Source: Vicinamibacteria bacterium
GTDB lineage: Bacteria > Acidobacteriota > Vicinamibacteria > Marinacidobacterales > Marinacidobacteraceae
DNA: 64,000 bases
Reading direction: 5' to 3'
Assembly (NCBI GenBank): GCA_963555995.3
Contig: OY821641.1
Span: forward strand, 1,024,001-1,088,000
A model generated the notes under the pieces. That model was not told the origin of the DNA and made no database searches. It saw only the letters and a program-made list of their open reading frames with translations. Positions 63,753 through 64,000 of this stretch are shown one piece after another (the first letter of the stretch is position 1; every line of letters begins with the position of its first letter). The translations under genes were made by a program, and so were the position numbers.

Positions 63753-64000
63753 CAATCAACGTGGAAGAGAAGATCGCGACGCTCGATCCCGTACAGCGGC
63801 GGAAGGTCGAGGAACGAGCGGCAGAACTCATCGCGGAAGAGATGACCCTGCGCGAGTTGCGCAAGGCCCGGCAGCTCACCCAGGCGCGGGTGGCAACGCA
63901 ACTCGGAATCAGTCAGGACGGCGTCTCAAGGCTGGAGCACCGGAGCGATCTGTTGCTTTCCACCTTGCGCAAGACCGTGGAGGCCATGGGCGGAAGCCTC
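63749..64000 (+). CDS. higA: HigA-like XRE/HTH antitoxin (3'-truncated by the window edge)
   Basis: ATGA overlap; LRELRKARQLTQARVATQLGISQDGVSRLE...LLSTLR. Confidence 0.85.
   Translation, partial: MTINVEEKIATLDPVQRRKVEERAAELIAEEMTLRELRKARQLTQARVATQLGISQDGVSRLEHRSDLLLSTLRKTVEAMGGSL

Overview
Very GC-rich (roughly 70%) bacterial chromosomal window, with no rRNA, tRNA or CRISPR array recognised. Several Na+-coupled transporters, a K+-dependent membrane pyrophosphatase, toxin-antitoxin pairs and many REP-like repeats suggest a marine, possibly host-associated bacterium. Acidobacteriota-like is my inference only. About 55 real CDSs can be picked out of the noisy ORF track. Main points: (1) a complex-I-like operon nuoABCDHIJKN that lacks both nuoEFG and nuoLM and is followed by a 7Fe ferredoxin; (2) a MerB-like organomercurial lyase split by an in-frame UGA at the second catalytic Cys position, with a SECIS-like hairpin (probable selenoprotein); (3) an octaheme HAO-family cytochrome of the reductive type next to an uncharacterised membrane protein with two His-containing repeats; (4) repeat or MITE insertions inside operons that are spanned by tightly coupled 'bridge' mini-ORFs; (5) a REP family, two REP-derived tandem arrays and a 183-bp MITE family; (6) a CusCBA efflux operon headed by a Cys/His, Pro-rich leader ORF; (7) an nfi gene that appears to start at ACG. 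All product calls come from motif recognition by eye; no database searches were run.
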